From Stylophora pistillata (Eukaryota): 64,000 nucleotides of DNA. The stretch is from NCBI RefSeq assembly GCF_002571385.2, contig NW_019218148.1, positions 10,226 to 74,225 of the forward strand. The letters run 5' to 3'. Shown here in pieces: positions 49,801 to 60,903 of the stretch. Position 1 is the stretch's first letter, and each line of letters begins with the position of its first letter. The notes beneath the pieces are model-generated. The model was not told where the DNA came from. It ran no database searches and worked only from the letters and a program-made list of their open reading frames with translations. The position numbers and the translations under genes are program-made.

Positions 49801-52800
49801 CGCAAGGTTAATAAATGTCACACAACCGAATGAAACACAGAGCCTCAGAAAACTTAATCATAGCAGTGTGACGGATAGAGACGAATTAGTTAAACAAGAT
49901 TTCCATTTTAAGGAGGGGGAAAAACATAAACACTACCAAAAATTCCAAAAACATCAAAAAACTATTAAACAACTGCCTCGCAAACTTCAATTTGGAGTGC
50001 ATCAAACTCAAACAACCACAGCCTCAGAGCATCACCAGGAAGATCAGTTTCTGCATAAACATTTGCAAGAAACCAAACATCCTACGAACAACTACAAGAA
50101 CAAACCTATGTCTATGGGTGCGAGAACTAGAGGTGAAAACTGCACGTCAAAAGTTCTCCAAAAAACTATCAATAAACATGTTGGCAATAAATGTTCTCAC
50201 AGGAATGTCTCCAGCCATTCGAGCTCGAAGGAGGATTTCTTTCCACACTCCCGCGACACTGCAGAAAAAAACACTGCTGCAGTTAACAAAACTGACCTTC
50301 CTTTCAAAACAAGGCCCAACTCGGTTATTTTACCGCAAGCCATCATGACCAAACATAGCTCCTCCAGGAAAATTTCCGAAACAAAGGCTTTGCATTTTGG
50401 GATTGGAGACAAAGCCTATCATAAAAGACCTAGTTTCGAAGAGGTTGAGGTCAAAGACGGAACCAGAAATGTGCTGGTACATTTTGATAAAGATTCTCCT
50501 CAGAACATGGATATTGAATCAATTGCAGAGGGAAAGTTGGGCTCAGGTATCCTAGAGATGACTGAATTTGTGGATCAAGGTAAGTCGTGGTAATAAAAAA
50601 TATTTCAAAATAATAGAATTTAAGCACCCGGCCGGGTTGTTCAAAGCTGGGTCACGATAACCCAGGATCGGTGTGAAATCTGATTTCAGTTCTGAAAGCT
50701 TTAACAAAAAATTAGGATAATTCTTTCTTACCGCTCAAGTGGTGTTCATTACTACGAAGACCGCTTTCCTATTCATAATTCTTTTTGTCTACAACTTGAT
50801 TGTTGGACTTTCTAAATAGAATAGAGAAAAATTATCTCCAAAAGTAATAAAGAAACCCGGATTAACCTTGGGTTGGCGCTGATAGGCCTTCGAACAACTG
50901 GGCACCTCAGCTGCCGCGGGGGTCCGCATTGAAATTGTGTTACATGTCACGCTCTCCACTTGATAAGCTTGGTCATAAGCGATTCCGGTATTATCACGTG
51001 TTGTGAAAGGTTAGGGACCGGTCATTTTCTACTACCTGGGGGTGAGAGGGGGGGGGGTGTGGAAAATTTTTGGGGATCAGTCAACAGAGTATAAAGGAGA
51101 AACTATAGAAAATTGACCGCCAAAGAGGAGGGGGGGAGGTCATAAGAATATAACAGGGCCTTATGGAGGGGATGAGGAAAATTTGACCCAAACAAAATCT
51201 TTCAACCCCTCCCCCCTCCCACCCAGGCGATAAAAAATGACCTGCTCCCGATGGAAAGCCGCTAGGCTGTCACTGAAATTGCGTTACATTACATTCTCTA
51301 CTGGAGAAGCTTGGTCACTTGTTATTCCACTTGTAACAAGAGTTAAGTTATCAAAGGTTGGGAAATCCGGTCAACTATAACCAGCCATATTTACGCGTTA
51401 GTTTATTCCGTGTATTTGCAACGTTTTAAACAGCTCCCGATAAAGTGGAGAATCTCGTGACACAGTGGTCTGCTTGGAGTCCTTGCACACAGTCTTGTGG
51501 AAATCTGGCCACAAGAAAAAGAGTTCAATATGAGTGCTCATCCAATGCAAAGGTAATTAGAGACTGCGCTGTCAGCGGTGAACAACAGGAGACATGCGTT
51601 CTTAAGCCTTGCTCTGGTAGGTGTCTAATAAGTCCACAAAAGCTTAAGTTTTGATCACCTTTCATTTGTTGACCGTGACTTGAAAAAGTATAGGTTACGA
51701 GTACTTAACTTTTTCACAGTGTAGCTTTTTGAGACGCGAGTTCATTTCTTCGGAAGCTTTCATGAAGCCACCACCAAAATGCTTTGAAGGCTATCTATCA
51801 TCTAAGTTTTCTAGGTCAGTTAAAAATAAATATGATTGGAAGCGATATAACTCAGATAAGGGAGACTACACTACACAAAGCTTTCTTGTTTAAAATTTCT
51901 TTCTCTTTAGCCATCGTAGCTTGATAAGAAATAGCACACAAACTGTAGTTACAAACATGACAGTAAAACGCATGTTGGCGGGAAAACAAGATTAGTAAAC
52001 TTTACTTGACGTTTCGTATGTTTCGACATACATCTTCAGAAGTGACAGTCGATAATACACGTGGCGACTAAGTTTAAATTTAAGATACGTAACTAATTAA
52101 CAAAACAACGAACAAAAGTTGAGAAGAAAAAAAAATTGCAAATCTAAAGATGCAAACTAAGGCCCTGTTTACAAGCAGTTAGAGTAACCCTAGTGCAAGG
52201 GTTACCCTGGCAGGAGGGTTACCCTAACACTCCCACATTTCTTCTTTTTTCATCGACGTGTTTACAAGGCAGCTAGGGTTACCCTAGCACTAGGGTAACC
52301 CTAGCTGAGCGCTAGGGTAACCCTAGCTGCCTTGTAAACGCTCTGGTGGGGATAACTCGCCTACCCGGGACAACTTTTTAATTGTTTCCAGACCCTTTGA
52401 ACATTGATAACAATGCGTGCGGTTACCAAGCATAGGTAAGTTATCCCGGGTGGTAGGGTAACCCTACCTGTGAAATTTTGCTTGTAAACCCGGGCTATCT
52501 TTGACCCGCCTACTAGGGTAACCCTAGCACAAGGGTTACCCTCCTTGCTTGTAAACAGGGCCTAATACAGATAAAGCTTATCACTGCTGACATTATCGTT
52601 TAGAGTAGGTTTAAGTTCTTGAATTAATAGAGTCTCCTTTATCTTGCATAATATCTCAAAGTGGTCCCATTTCATGTTGTGAACAGTTGACGTGACGTGG
52701 TTTGCGATAGTAGATGTATGATAGGCACTTTTTTGACTGACTTACGAAAATGGGACATTTTCTACGTACCAACGCACAAAACAGGAAGATCGCTCGTCAT

Positions 52801-55800
52801 CTGCTGAACCAATGTAGCACCTTTCTCATTTTAAACCATGAGCAATCCCTTCTCTTTTGTCCCCTTTTCAAAAAAAAGTTGCTCTTTCAACCCCTCCCCT
52901 CCTCTACCCTCCCCCACGAGTAACTCTCTGACCGCTAATCTTTAAAATTAGTCATCGCTGGTATTTTTTTGTTTAGTACATGGCAGATTTTTATCGTGGA
53001 GCAAGTGGCATACATGTAGTAGAAGCTGCGGCATGAGAGGTGTCAGTGTTCGCACCAGATCCTGTACCCAACCTCGTTTTGGCGGTCAGCCATGTTTCGG
53101 AACCAGCGTGGAGACTCGTCCATGTAACCGGAAACACTGCCCAGGTAAAGACGTTTGAACATACTCTAATCGCCATCGTGTTGCTTTCAATTCTACAGTT
53201 CTTTAATTACTAAATTTTTCACTCGAAATAGAAACTCCAGGATAAATGGAATTAGGAAACCTCCATCCGCTTATTGATAAATATTCGAATCCTAACATGT
53301 ACCTTGCAAAATAAAGTAGAGAAATGGACAAAATGCTAATTTATCATTCTGATCCCGTAGTTCGTTGGTGTATCACTCTGAACCCGTCTCAAAGACCTTA
53401 CCTTTTTTTTCAGTAAACGGAGGCCTAAGTGAGTGGTCCAAATTTGGTCTTTGTTCAAAATCCTGTGGGGGTGGAGTGAAGATGCGTCATCGGGAGTGTA
53501 ACAAACCTGTGCCTCGATATGGTGGGACAGAATGTGACCCTAAAGACTTATTCCATACAAAGGCGTGCGGTAGCATCAAGTGTTCCGCGAAAACTTTGAA
53601 GAGTGAGTACAAGAAAAATAAAACGTTTCATCTTAAAAACGAGTGAGCCACAAAGGCTGGTGTTTTTACCAAGTTTCCATGGCACACTCTACAAGAGAGG
53701 GATAATATGTTATTGATGGGTACATTTTCCAGTGAGCCATTACACATGCCTTTCCTGATTCGAGAGAGGTGCTGTAAGAGTTTAAAAGTGTCTTCCCCAG
53801 AAACATACTACAACGAACCGACCCAGCCAAGGCTTCAATCCAAACTCCTCGATCACGAGTTAAGCGCGCTGAGTACTATGCCACCGCGCCTCAAAAAAGT
53901 ACAAGCAGTAGAGACAGGCCGGTCTTTGGATAAAGATCGGAAGTAAACATATTATTTCATCACATGTTTCTTATAGTTTTGAAGCCTCTTGGCTCGGAAA
54001 CGCGCCCTCCCCTCTCTCTGGACATATTTTTGTTCGAACGCATGATTTCGAGTGCGTCAACAGGTTTGACCAATCATGGCTCACGTTGTCCTCGTGCGGG
54101 CACTTGGACTTTGTTACGTTTTTTATATAATTTTTGTTATCCCCTGGTTGCTTCTATCTGTCGCACGCGAATCTAAACGCCATACTTTTCAAGATTTTGA
54201 GCGTCCAAGTGTGTGAGATTCAACATATCACCGGTTATTTGAAAACAGACGCCTCTCATTTTACTCTAGAGGTTCAAGCTATTGGATATTATGTCTCCAA
54301 TTCAGGTCTGCAAGTTGCAAATGTTGATCCAAAGACCTTTTGTGATTTCAACCCTTGTGAAGAGGTTGGATGTCTGTATGACCCAGCTGCGCGTTGCATT
54401 ACCGACTTCGAATGCAATCCGACGTTTTTCAATATCAATGGGAAAATGCTTCCAAACTGCAAGGGTAAGTTTCTCTTGCAATGTAAGAGAGAACTCAGTG
54501 GCCTAACTAATTACATTTAACACCTGTCGTTCCAGAAACAGGATCCTCGAGATTAGCTATTGTAGGGCTCATCGAATTCCATTTTCCCTCACTTTTTCCT
54601 TCACCAAACGGAGAAAAATCCTGCCAAAAGTCAGGGGGAAGTCGTCTCCTGAAGCTTCTCTGTCAACACACAACGTTACAGAGCCACCCACAGCTTAGGG
54701 CTAAATATATTCATCTTCTCACATGTTCACTCTCAGTGACCCCGCGTTCGATAAGAAAGATTGACTGGCGCCATTCTTTTTTTCTTTCCTCTTTCTTCTA
54801 ACTTCTGATCATATGGTTTGTATATCCGCATCATATTATCCGCGTCTCGATCACACATAATCGCGACAGAAGTTCGAAACAATTTGTTCTAGTATCAACC
54901 GAACACACATTGTAAGTGTATTCTTCAGATACAATGAAATATATGAAGTTCATATATCGTGCATCATACGTAAGTGTATTCTTGTTAGCAATCACTTCGG
55001 GAAAATTGTACACAATATTGATCTGCATAATTTGTAAGTATATTTTCAGCTCGGGGGACAGACGGTTCTCCAACACAGCTCTAGAAGAACGTATTGTCAA
55101 ATTAAGTCTTCGAGTCTTCAAAAAAAGGATTTCACAACGGAGCAATTCATCTTGATTGTTTTATTTTTTACAGGAATAGACAGCCTCTACTCAAAAATTC
55201 CTCAAGTGATTTGCAACTTTAATCCATGCTTCTCTGAGAAATGTTCAGAAATCAGAAGTCATTGTATGGTCGACCTGAAATGTAGGCCAGTGTTTATTGA
55301 TGTCGACATACGGACTATACCGCCACAGTGCCAAGGTAAGGAACCTTTACACTCATATATCATTTGAGAGTTTCGTGATCATGATGTGCTAATGAAGGTT
55401 CATCGACGACTCGACTTTCTCGAGGCATTCATTTGTAAATTGGCCGTTGGTCAGCAAGAAATGAGTCACAGTTTGAGTGACTGTGTGATCATATTCTTCT
55501 CACGAGCGGTATCATGTTATTTGAACTTCTGCATTTATTTATGGTGAAATGCATGATCAACCTTGACACAGCGTCCGGGAGTTGTTTGTTTTTGTTTTGA
55601 TCAACGCTTGACCATCTCTCAACAATGCGCTCTCATTGGTCTAATATTTTTATCGTCTTACCTAAAGCTGTCACGCACGGATGATCATGTCGTAGCATGC
55701 CGGTTACGAAAATTTGTTTTCTTTCTTCGCGAAGAAGTCGGCTTTGGCTGATACTTCGACTTGGAACAAGAGGAACCCCTATCTAACATCCTGGCCGTTC

Positions 55801-58176
55801 ATTTAATCATAAAAATGATGAAAACTGTTTACGAAGTGATGTTATTCCTTGATTGCAACTCATAATCTACAAATTTAGTCGCTCTGTCAAGAAGAAGATA
55901 TTATCCTGATTTCGTCAGGAAAATTATTGCTGTACTCGATGTCGGTATCGAGACTATCGAGGCTAAAAATGCTTAGGCACCCTTAAAAAAGTCATGGGCA
56001 TATATCATTTAAGAGTAGATATTTTCTCGAACTCGTCTTGAGTTCATAGGTATGAGAGAACCCTTACTGGGTTTAATGTTGTAAAGTCTCAGCCTATTCA
56101 TTTTTCAATTTCCATTTCTGCTCAGTCCATGGCACTGTCAGAGTGGATCGTTTGAAAGGAGAGCAAACCTGGACTAAATCAAGTCCGGCAAACAACAAAC
56201 AGTCCCTAGTCAGCCTCGCATCTGATCTCACTCCTTCGTTTACTCAACTTTGGTACCCAGTGACTCCTGCCAAACGACTGGGCCAATTTGAAAGGTAAGG
56301 TATTGAAATTCCACTACAGCTTGTGTTCTCAAGTTAAATTAATTCAATTTTCAAACTCTTGAGTAAATTTATCTTTCTAAAGTCTATAAGCAAATTGTCT
56401 AAAGAAAAATAGGTTACCCTAATTTCTTGCATTGTCTGCGTTTGACGCCGGAAACTTTGTCAAAGTACACTCAGGATGAAGGAATTGTTTGTATAGCCCC
56501 GTTGTTATACCATCTTATCAGGGCCTATGATGTTAATATCCTCCTTTTTTGTCGCACAGTCCAGTGCCCTTTACCCGCCCGAAGATTTTCCATAAATCTT
56601 TCACTGCGACGACTGTGTTGGTGCAAGAAATGATAAACGGCAGGTTATAATCTCTTGATTAGTGTCAATTATAACAGTTTTCAAGTTTTTGACATTAATT
56701 CCACAGTCATACTGAAAAACGCTATAAAGACTCTTTATTTAAGACAATGTTACATCGCGCTTATGCCCTATCCTCCACAATAGAGGCTTTTAATGAAGAA
56801 TGCGCCAAATTGCGCTCCATTTTAGCCGTCTTGATTACCCTTGTAGTCTTACAGATTCTGTTATTTCCAATTTTGTTTCTCGTAAACTTTCTGTAGGCAC
56901 AGCGGAGAGAATTGCTGACGAGAGCAACATAGTCAGAATTAATCTACCATTCAAAGATCAGGTTTCAGCTAATTCTGTTCGGAGACAGCTGTGTGATCTC
57001 AGTAATAAGATTTGCCTCGTTTTACAACCAGTTTTTGTAAGCAAGAAATTACAACAAGACCTAAAACCTAAAGAACCCAAGCCGTCAATTGTTAATCAGC
57101 GATGCGTTGTTTTTCATTTTGTTAATCACCTTTTTCAACGTGTCGCTGAACACAAGAATTCGGCAATTGGCAAGCATTTCCATAAAGTGCATGGTAGGAG
57201 GGATCGTTTAAATGATAGTCATTTTAAGATTCTCAGAAAGTGTCAAAGCAAATTTGATTGTTTAGTGTTTGAAATGCTTTATATTAAGAAATTCAAACCC
57301 AGTCTGAACGTACAAACGGACTCCATACGTGCTAAACTTTTTGTTTAACCCGCAAATTATTTTCTCTTATTGTTCGTTTTTAGTATTGATAGAACTTATT
57401 TTTATACAGTCTTGACTTGATAATGACGTTATGTTAACGTCGAAACGTCGTCGATTTTAGCTTTCTATAGCTTTTTATCGTTTTTAAATTTTACAATGTT
57501 ATCAAGCAAAGTTTTTATCGTCAATTGACATTAATTACAATTGGTATTGTGTAGGACCAGTATAAATACAAAATGACTCATAACTGTTTATCTTTTCTTT
57601 AGAATGAAGGGGGCATCTGTTTACCCAATGGCCTTAGCGAGACCTCTAAGTGCATACACTACAGCCATGGCAGCTGTTGCTAGGAAACACGCAGGTAACA
57701 CTGATAGTAATCATGCAGCTATTTGGGGTTCGTAGGATATACATGAGCCCGCCGGTGAATTGATTCAAACGTGATAACAACTTCGAACTGTAAATCATAT
57801 CAAATCATTATCGGTGATTTCTGGAAAAAGTGAAATTCATTTGGGCTATCGTCAACAAGAGTAATATGAGCGAAAGGCCATTTAGTCAGGTTTGCAGTTT
57901 GTTGGTGTACTTAACATCAGCAACACACAAAAGACTTAAGAGATAACTGACTAAATGAACGAAATACACAAATTTTCTGAATATCATTGTTATTTCGCGG
58001 TAACTGTAGTTGAACCTTTGGGACAACGGCCGGTTACGGAGGTGTTCATAGAGAAACGTCCAGGTGATAACGATGATGACTTTGATGATGATGATGACGA
58101 TGATGATGATGATAATGCTGATGAAGATGATGATGAAGACGGGAATGTGCATGTTGACCTTGACGATGACAAATAG
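46858..58176 (+). CDS. Secreted TSP1-repeat protein B: signal peptide, ~980-aa basic His/Lys/Ser-rich region, 3x TSP1, 2x 6-Cys module, poly-Asp C-terminus
   Basis: In-phase exons 46858-46969 (MRGKIEASVWLYLMTLLHARMTFC), 47646-50579, 51434-51616, 52977-53144 (WSKWHTCSRSCG..VRTRSC), 53414-53602, 54270-54464, 55174-55335, ~56126-56294, 57604-57694, 58010-58176 (DNDDDFDDDDDDDDDDNADEDDDEDG...DDDK*). Confidence 0.8.
50627..50903. mobile_element. MITE-like element
   Basis: Degenerate TIRs GGCCGGGTTGTTCAAAGC / GCCTTCGAACAACTGGGC with subterminal AACCC/GGGTT motifs. Confidence 0.55.
51012..51250. mobile_element. MITE-like repeat, same family as 32970-33243
   Basis: AGGGACCGGTCATTTT...CCTGGGGG left end and CCCAGGCGATAAAAAATGACC right end; internal similarity to 33050-33230. 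Confidence 0.65.
52004..52043 (-). ncRNA. Minimal type-I hammerhead ribozyme motif
   Basis: ACUU-CUGAAGA-U-GUAUGU-CGAA-ACAUAC-GAAAC-GUC-AAGU: intact core, 6-bp stem II, 4-bp stem I, GUC triplet, ACGU palindrome in place of stem III. Confidence 0.8.
52161..52562. mobile_element. PIF/Harbinger-type MITE, 402 bp, TAA TSD
   Basis: Perfect 16-bp TIR GGCCCTGTTTACAAGC / GCTTGTAAACAGGGCC; TAA at 52158-52160 and 52563-52565; many internal AGGGTWACCCT palindromes. Confidence 0.9.
53715..53892 (-). mobile_element. tRNA-derived SINE with a CORE-like domain, degenerate
   Basis: Reverse strand GAGGCGCGGTGGCATAGT... tRNA-like head, then TTTCTGGGGAAGACACTTT...CTCTTACAGCACCTCTCTC. Confidence 0.55.
56701..57524 (+). 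mobile_element. 5'-truncated Penelope-like retroelement (RT C-terminus/linker, internally deleted GIY-YIG, 3' UTR hammerhead) with 12-bp TSD
   Basis: KTMLHRAYALSS, INLPFKDQ, HLFQRVAEHKNSAIGKHF, FKILRKC..KFDCLVFEMLYIKKFKPSLN. TTGACATTAATT duplicated at 56689-56700 and 57525-57536. Confidence 0.88.
57412..57454 (+). ncRNA. Minimal type-I hammerhead ribozyme motif, U3:A8 core variant
   Basis: UUGAC-UUGAUAA-U-GACGUUA-UGU-UAACGUC-GAAAC-GUC-GUCGA: 7-bp stem II, 5-bp stem I (one G-U). Confidence 0.75.
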
Positions 58177-58487
58177 CCTCTACAGCTGATTGACATTTAC
58201 ATTTTTCGGAACAATTATAAGTTTGAATTTACGGTTTCAGTCACACGTACACTGTCTCTCTGCTCACTTATCTTTTCAGTAAAAGCAAAACAAAAGCCAG
58301 TTTTCCATGTAAATAGACAAGAGATGATGCCATAAGAAAACGAGGTCGGCAAAACGAAAATTTTTACCGATCTGTAAGAACTGTCAGTTTGGGTCTTAGT
58401 CAGTGAGCTCTAGCACATAATTTCCCTGGATATCGTTTATTCGAGGCATTTTGCTGCCTCCAAGGGGTAGTCCAGCTCTTTATCATT

Positions 58488-59290
58488 AGGGAGTTTAAGC
58501 AAATCACTACGGCTGGCGCTGCTACGGCTATCGTGGTTGACGAGGCTTGGGGAGAGTACGTCGCCGTAGCCCGCCAAAATTCAACTTTAAGCAACGCGAA
58601 CTACAAACCTAGTACGGCTGAGAAGTTAAGCGTCTTCGCGGTAGTTTTTGCACGTCTAAAAACTCAAAATGACTTCGTTCAAAGGGACGAGGGATTCCAA
58701 CGTTTGTAAAAAAAAATTGTAAGCGATCCTGTGCACAGTGAATGAGTGAATTCAAAGATTTAAGCTTACGTGTTGTAAAATTGCCAGTTTGGAGTTTATA
58801 AACACCAAAGCAAAGTTTCTTCACCGTCCCTCGTGACCCTCGTCATTCCTCGGCGTCAGCTATTTGAATTTCAAGTAGTCTTTGAGGTTTTAAAGGAAAA
58901 GTTAGACTTTCTACTAACGCATTTCTCCTTGCGTTCGCTGCGTTCTCCATGTGCACACTGCTTCGATCCTCCGACAAACCCGGCTGCAAAAGTAAAGGCA
59001 GATTCACTCGGTAAGGGACAGCAAGCTTGATAAATATTCCCGATAAGCTATTTTTAAAGATGTTAAGTGTATTTCAATAGTTAAAATTGCTCAGGAGAAT
59101 GAATACAGCGAAGAAAGAAGCGAGATAAGTTCACGTACCACAGACTACGCCGAAACCTTCCCACTCGCGTAGAAGGATTTCTCGCTACGGCTGGATGGGT
59201 AGCACTGACATGCGCATTGACTCGTTTCTGGACAACTTTACCTCCGGTAGCCGTAGCAGCGCCAGCCGTAGTGATTTGCTTAAACTCCCT
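58488..59290. mobile_element. 803-bp non-autonomous DNA transposon with perfect 43-bp TIRs
   Basis: AGGGAGTTTAAGCAAATCACTACGGCTGGCGCTGCTACGGCTA at the left end and its exact reverse complement at 59248-59290; no internal transposase ORF. Confidence 0.9.
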
Positions 59291-60903
59291 TTTAAGGCAG
59301 TTAAAGCGCTGAAGTTCTTTTCTCTTTTTCTTTTTTCCTTTTGGACTCAGGGGGGGAAGGGGGGGAGGAACTAACCAAACTCCAAATAAAAATGTGGCAA
59401 ATTTTTAGCCATTTCTGTTATTTGTCATTTACGCTTCAAAGTATTTTGCAAGTATTGCGAAAGCTTTGAGTTTGAAATGTTTTAATTGTGCCGGCAAATA
59501 TGAAAAGAGTGGCGTCACAACCGTGTCTACATTTAAACGGACCAGTTGACAAATGAGAGCGCACGTACTAAATCAATTATTTCATGACAGAAAATGCTGC
59601 GTTGACATTATTTTAAAACATTTGATTCATACGGCTTGGAGATATGATGTTCTCGGGAAATTTTGAGAGGACTCAAGCGGCAAGAGTTGTTCGAGGCACG
59701 GCCTAGAACAGCTCCTACGCTTCTCTTCTGCTCTCGACACCTTCCCCATGGTTCATATCCCAATGAACGCACGCTGACTTATGAACCAATTATGTAACCT
59801 TTAACTCCAACAAGTGATTAGCATGTAACTTCTCTCCTTAATCCCCATACATTGTTCGGTAAACAGGTATAGGTTGGAGAACAATTTGCAAGAATTGAAA
59901 TGTTTAACAGCAGAGCAGCAGGGGGGGAGAATTTAAAAACAGATCTTGGGAGTTAATATTGTAGAAATCGATGTCCACCGGACGATTCAATTAATTGAAC
60001 AAACAAAACAAACGGTTGACAGATTCTTCAGATGGCGTACTGTCCACTGAAAGACCATTTTCATTATGATTTTGTTTTCGCTATTCGAATAAACAGCTCC
60101 TAAAACTATGGCTGTATAATGTTTTATCTGATACGAAATATACTTCTAATAAATTTATAACGCTTCCAAAAACTTATGTGTCTTCGATTACTATTTTCGA
60201 TATCAGACAGCGAAAGTTAGCGTGAAACGGCATTTATAATTTCATTTCTTTTTTTTTTTTATTGTGAAGTGTTTTGGAACATGTGCGTCTGCACGTGAGG
60301 GCAGATTTTTAGAGGTTATTACGTAACCTAGTTGTACAAAAAGAAAGAAAGCTTTAGAGATTTGTGCTGGAAAATTTCCGTGAATAGCTTAAAAAAAATA
60401 CCTGATCTTGTCAGACGAATATGTCTTTAGCATCTCTTGTTCTTGAGTTCGAATCGTGATGTTGGATATCGGGGAGACTAAGATCCCTTACGCGTGAGCG
60501 TTACACGTGAATGTAACAACAGTGATTACATAACCTGGTAACGTCCGCTTTGTTGTAATATTCAAACAGCCTAAGATTGAATTGCCAGTGATGTCCAGTG
60601 CTACCGGTATAGTACACGGCCGGTCTTGTCGAATTTCACTTGCTTAGAGGAAAGTTATGGCTGCCTTCTGTCGGATGAGAAATATTTTTTGTGCCGTTGT
60701 AAACCATCAGTCAGGTTGTTTCCACTTATGAATTTCATGTCTTGTCGTAGTGTGTAGTTAACGATTTTCTCTCTATTGTTCGGTAACTTCATTCAAAAAC
60801 ATCGATTATCGTTCCCGGTATGGCAAAATCAACTCAGCGAGTCTAAAAATTGATAATCCTGGTTCAGTGGATAGAAAGAAAAAATCCTGGAAGTTTCAGA
60901 GCA

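Larger units (their letters stand above)
51990..52740 (-). mobile_element. Penelope-like element 3' fragment (GIY-YIG C-terminus plus 3' UTR hammerhead), interrupted by a MITE
   Basis: Reverse-strand peptides HTSTIANHVTSTVHNMKWDHFEIL and CKIKETLLIQELKPTLNDNVSSDKLYLY*; hammerhead at 52004-52043. Confidence 0.8.

Noticed and set aside
52180-52545. TAACCCT/AGGGTTA motifs as interstitial telomere or CRISPR-like repeats
   Set aside because: They are irregularly spaced palindromes inside a TIR/TSD-bounded MITE, not tandem TTAGGG or repeat-spacer arrays.
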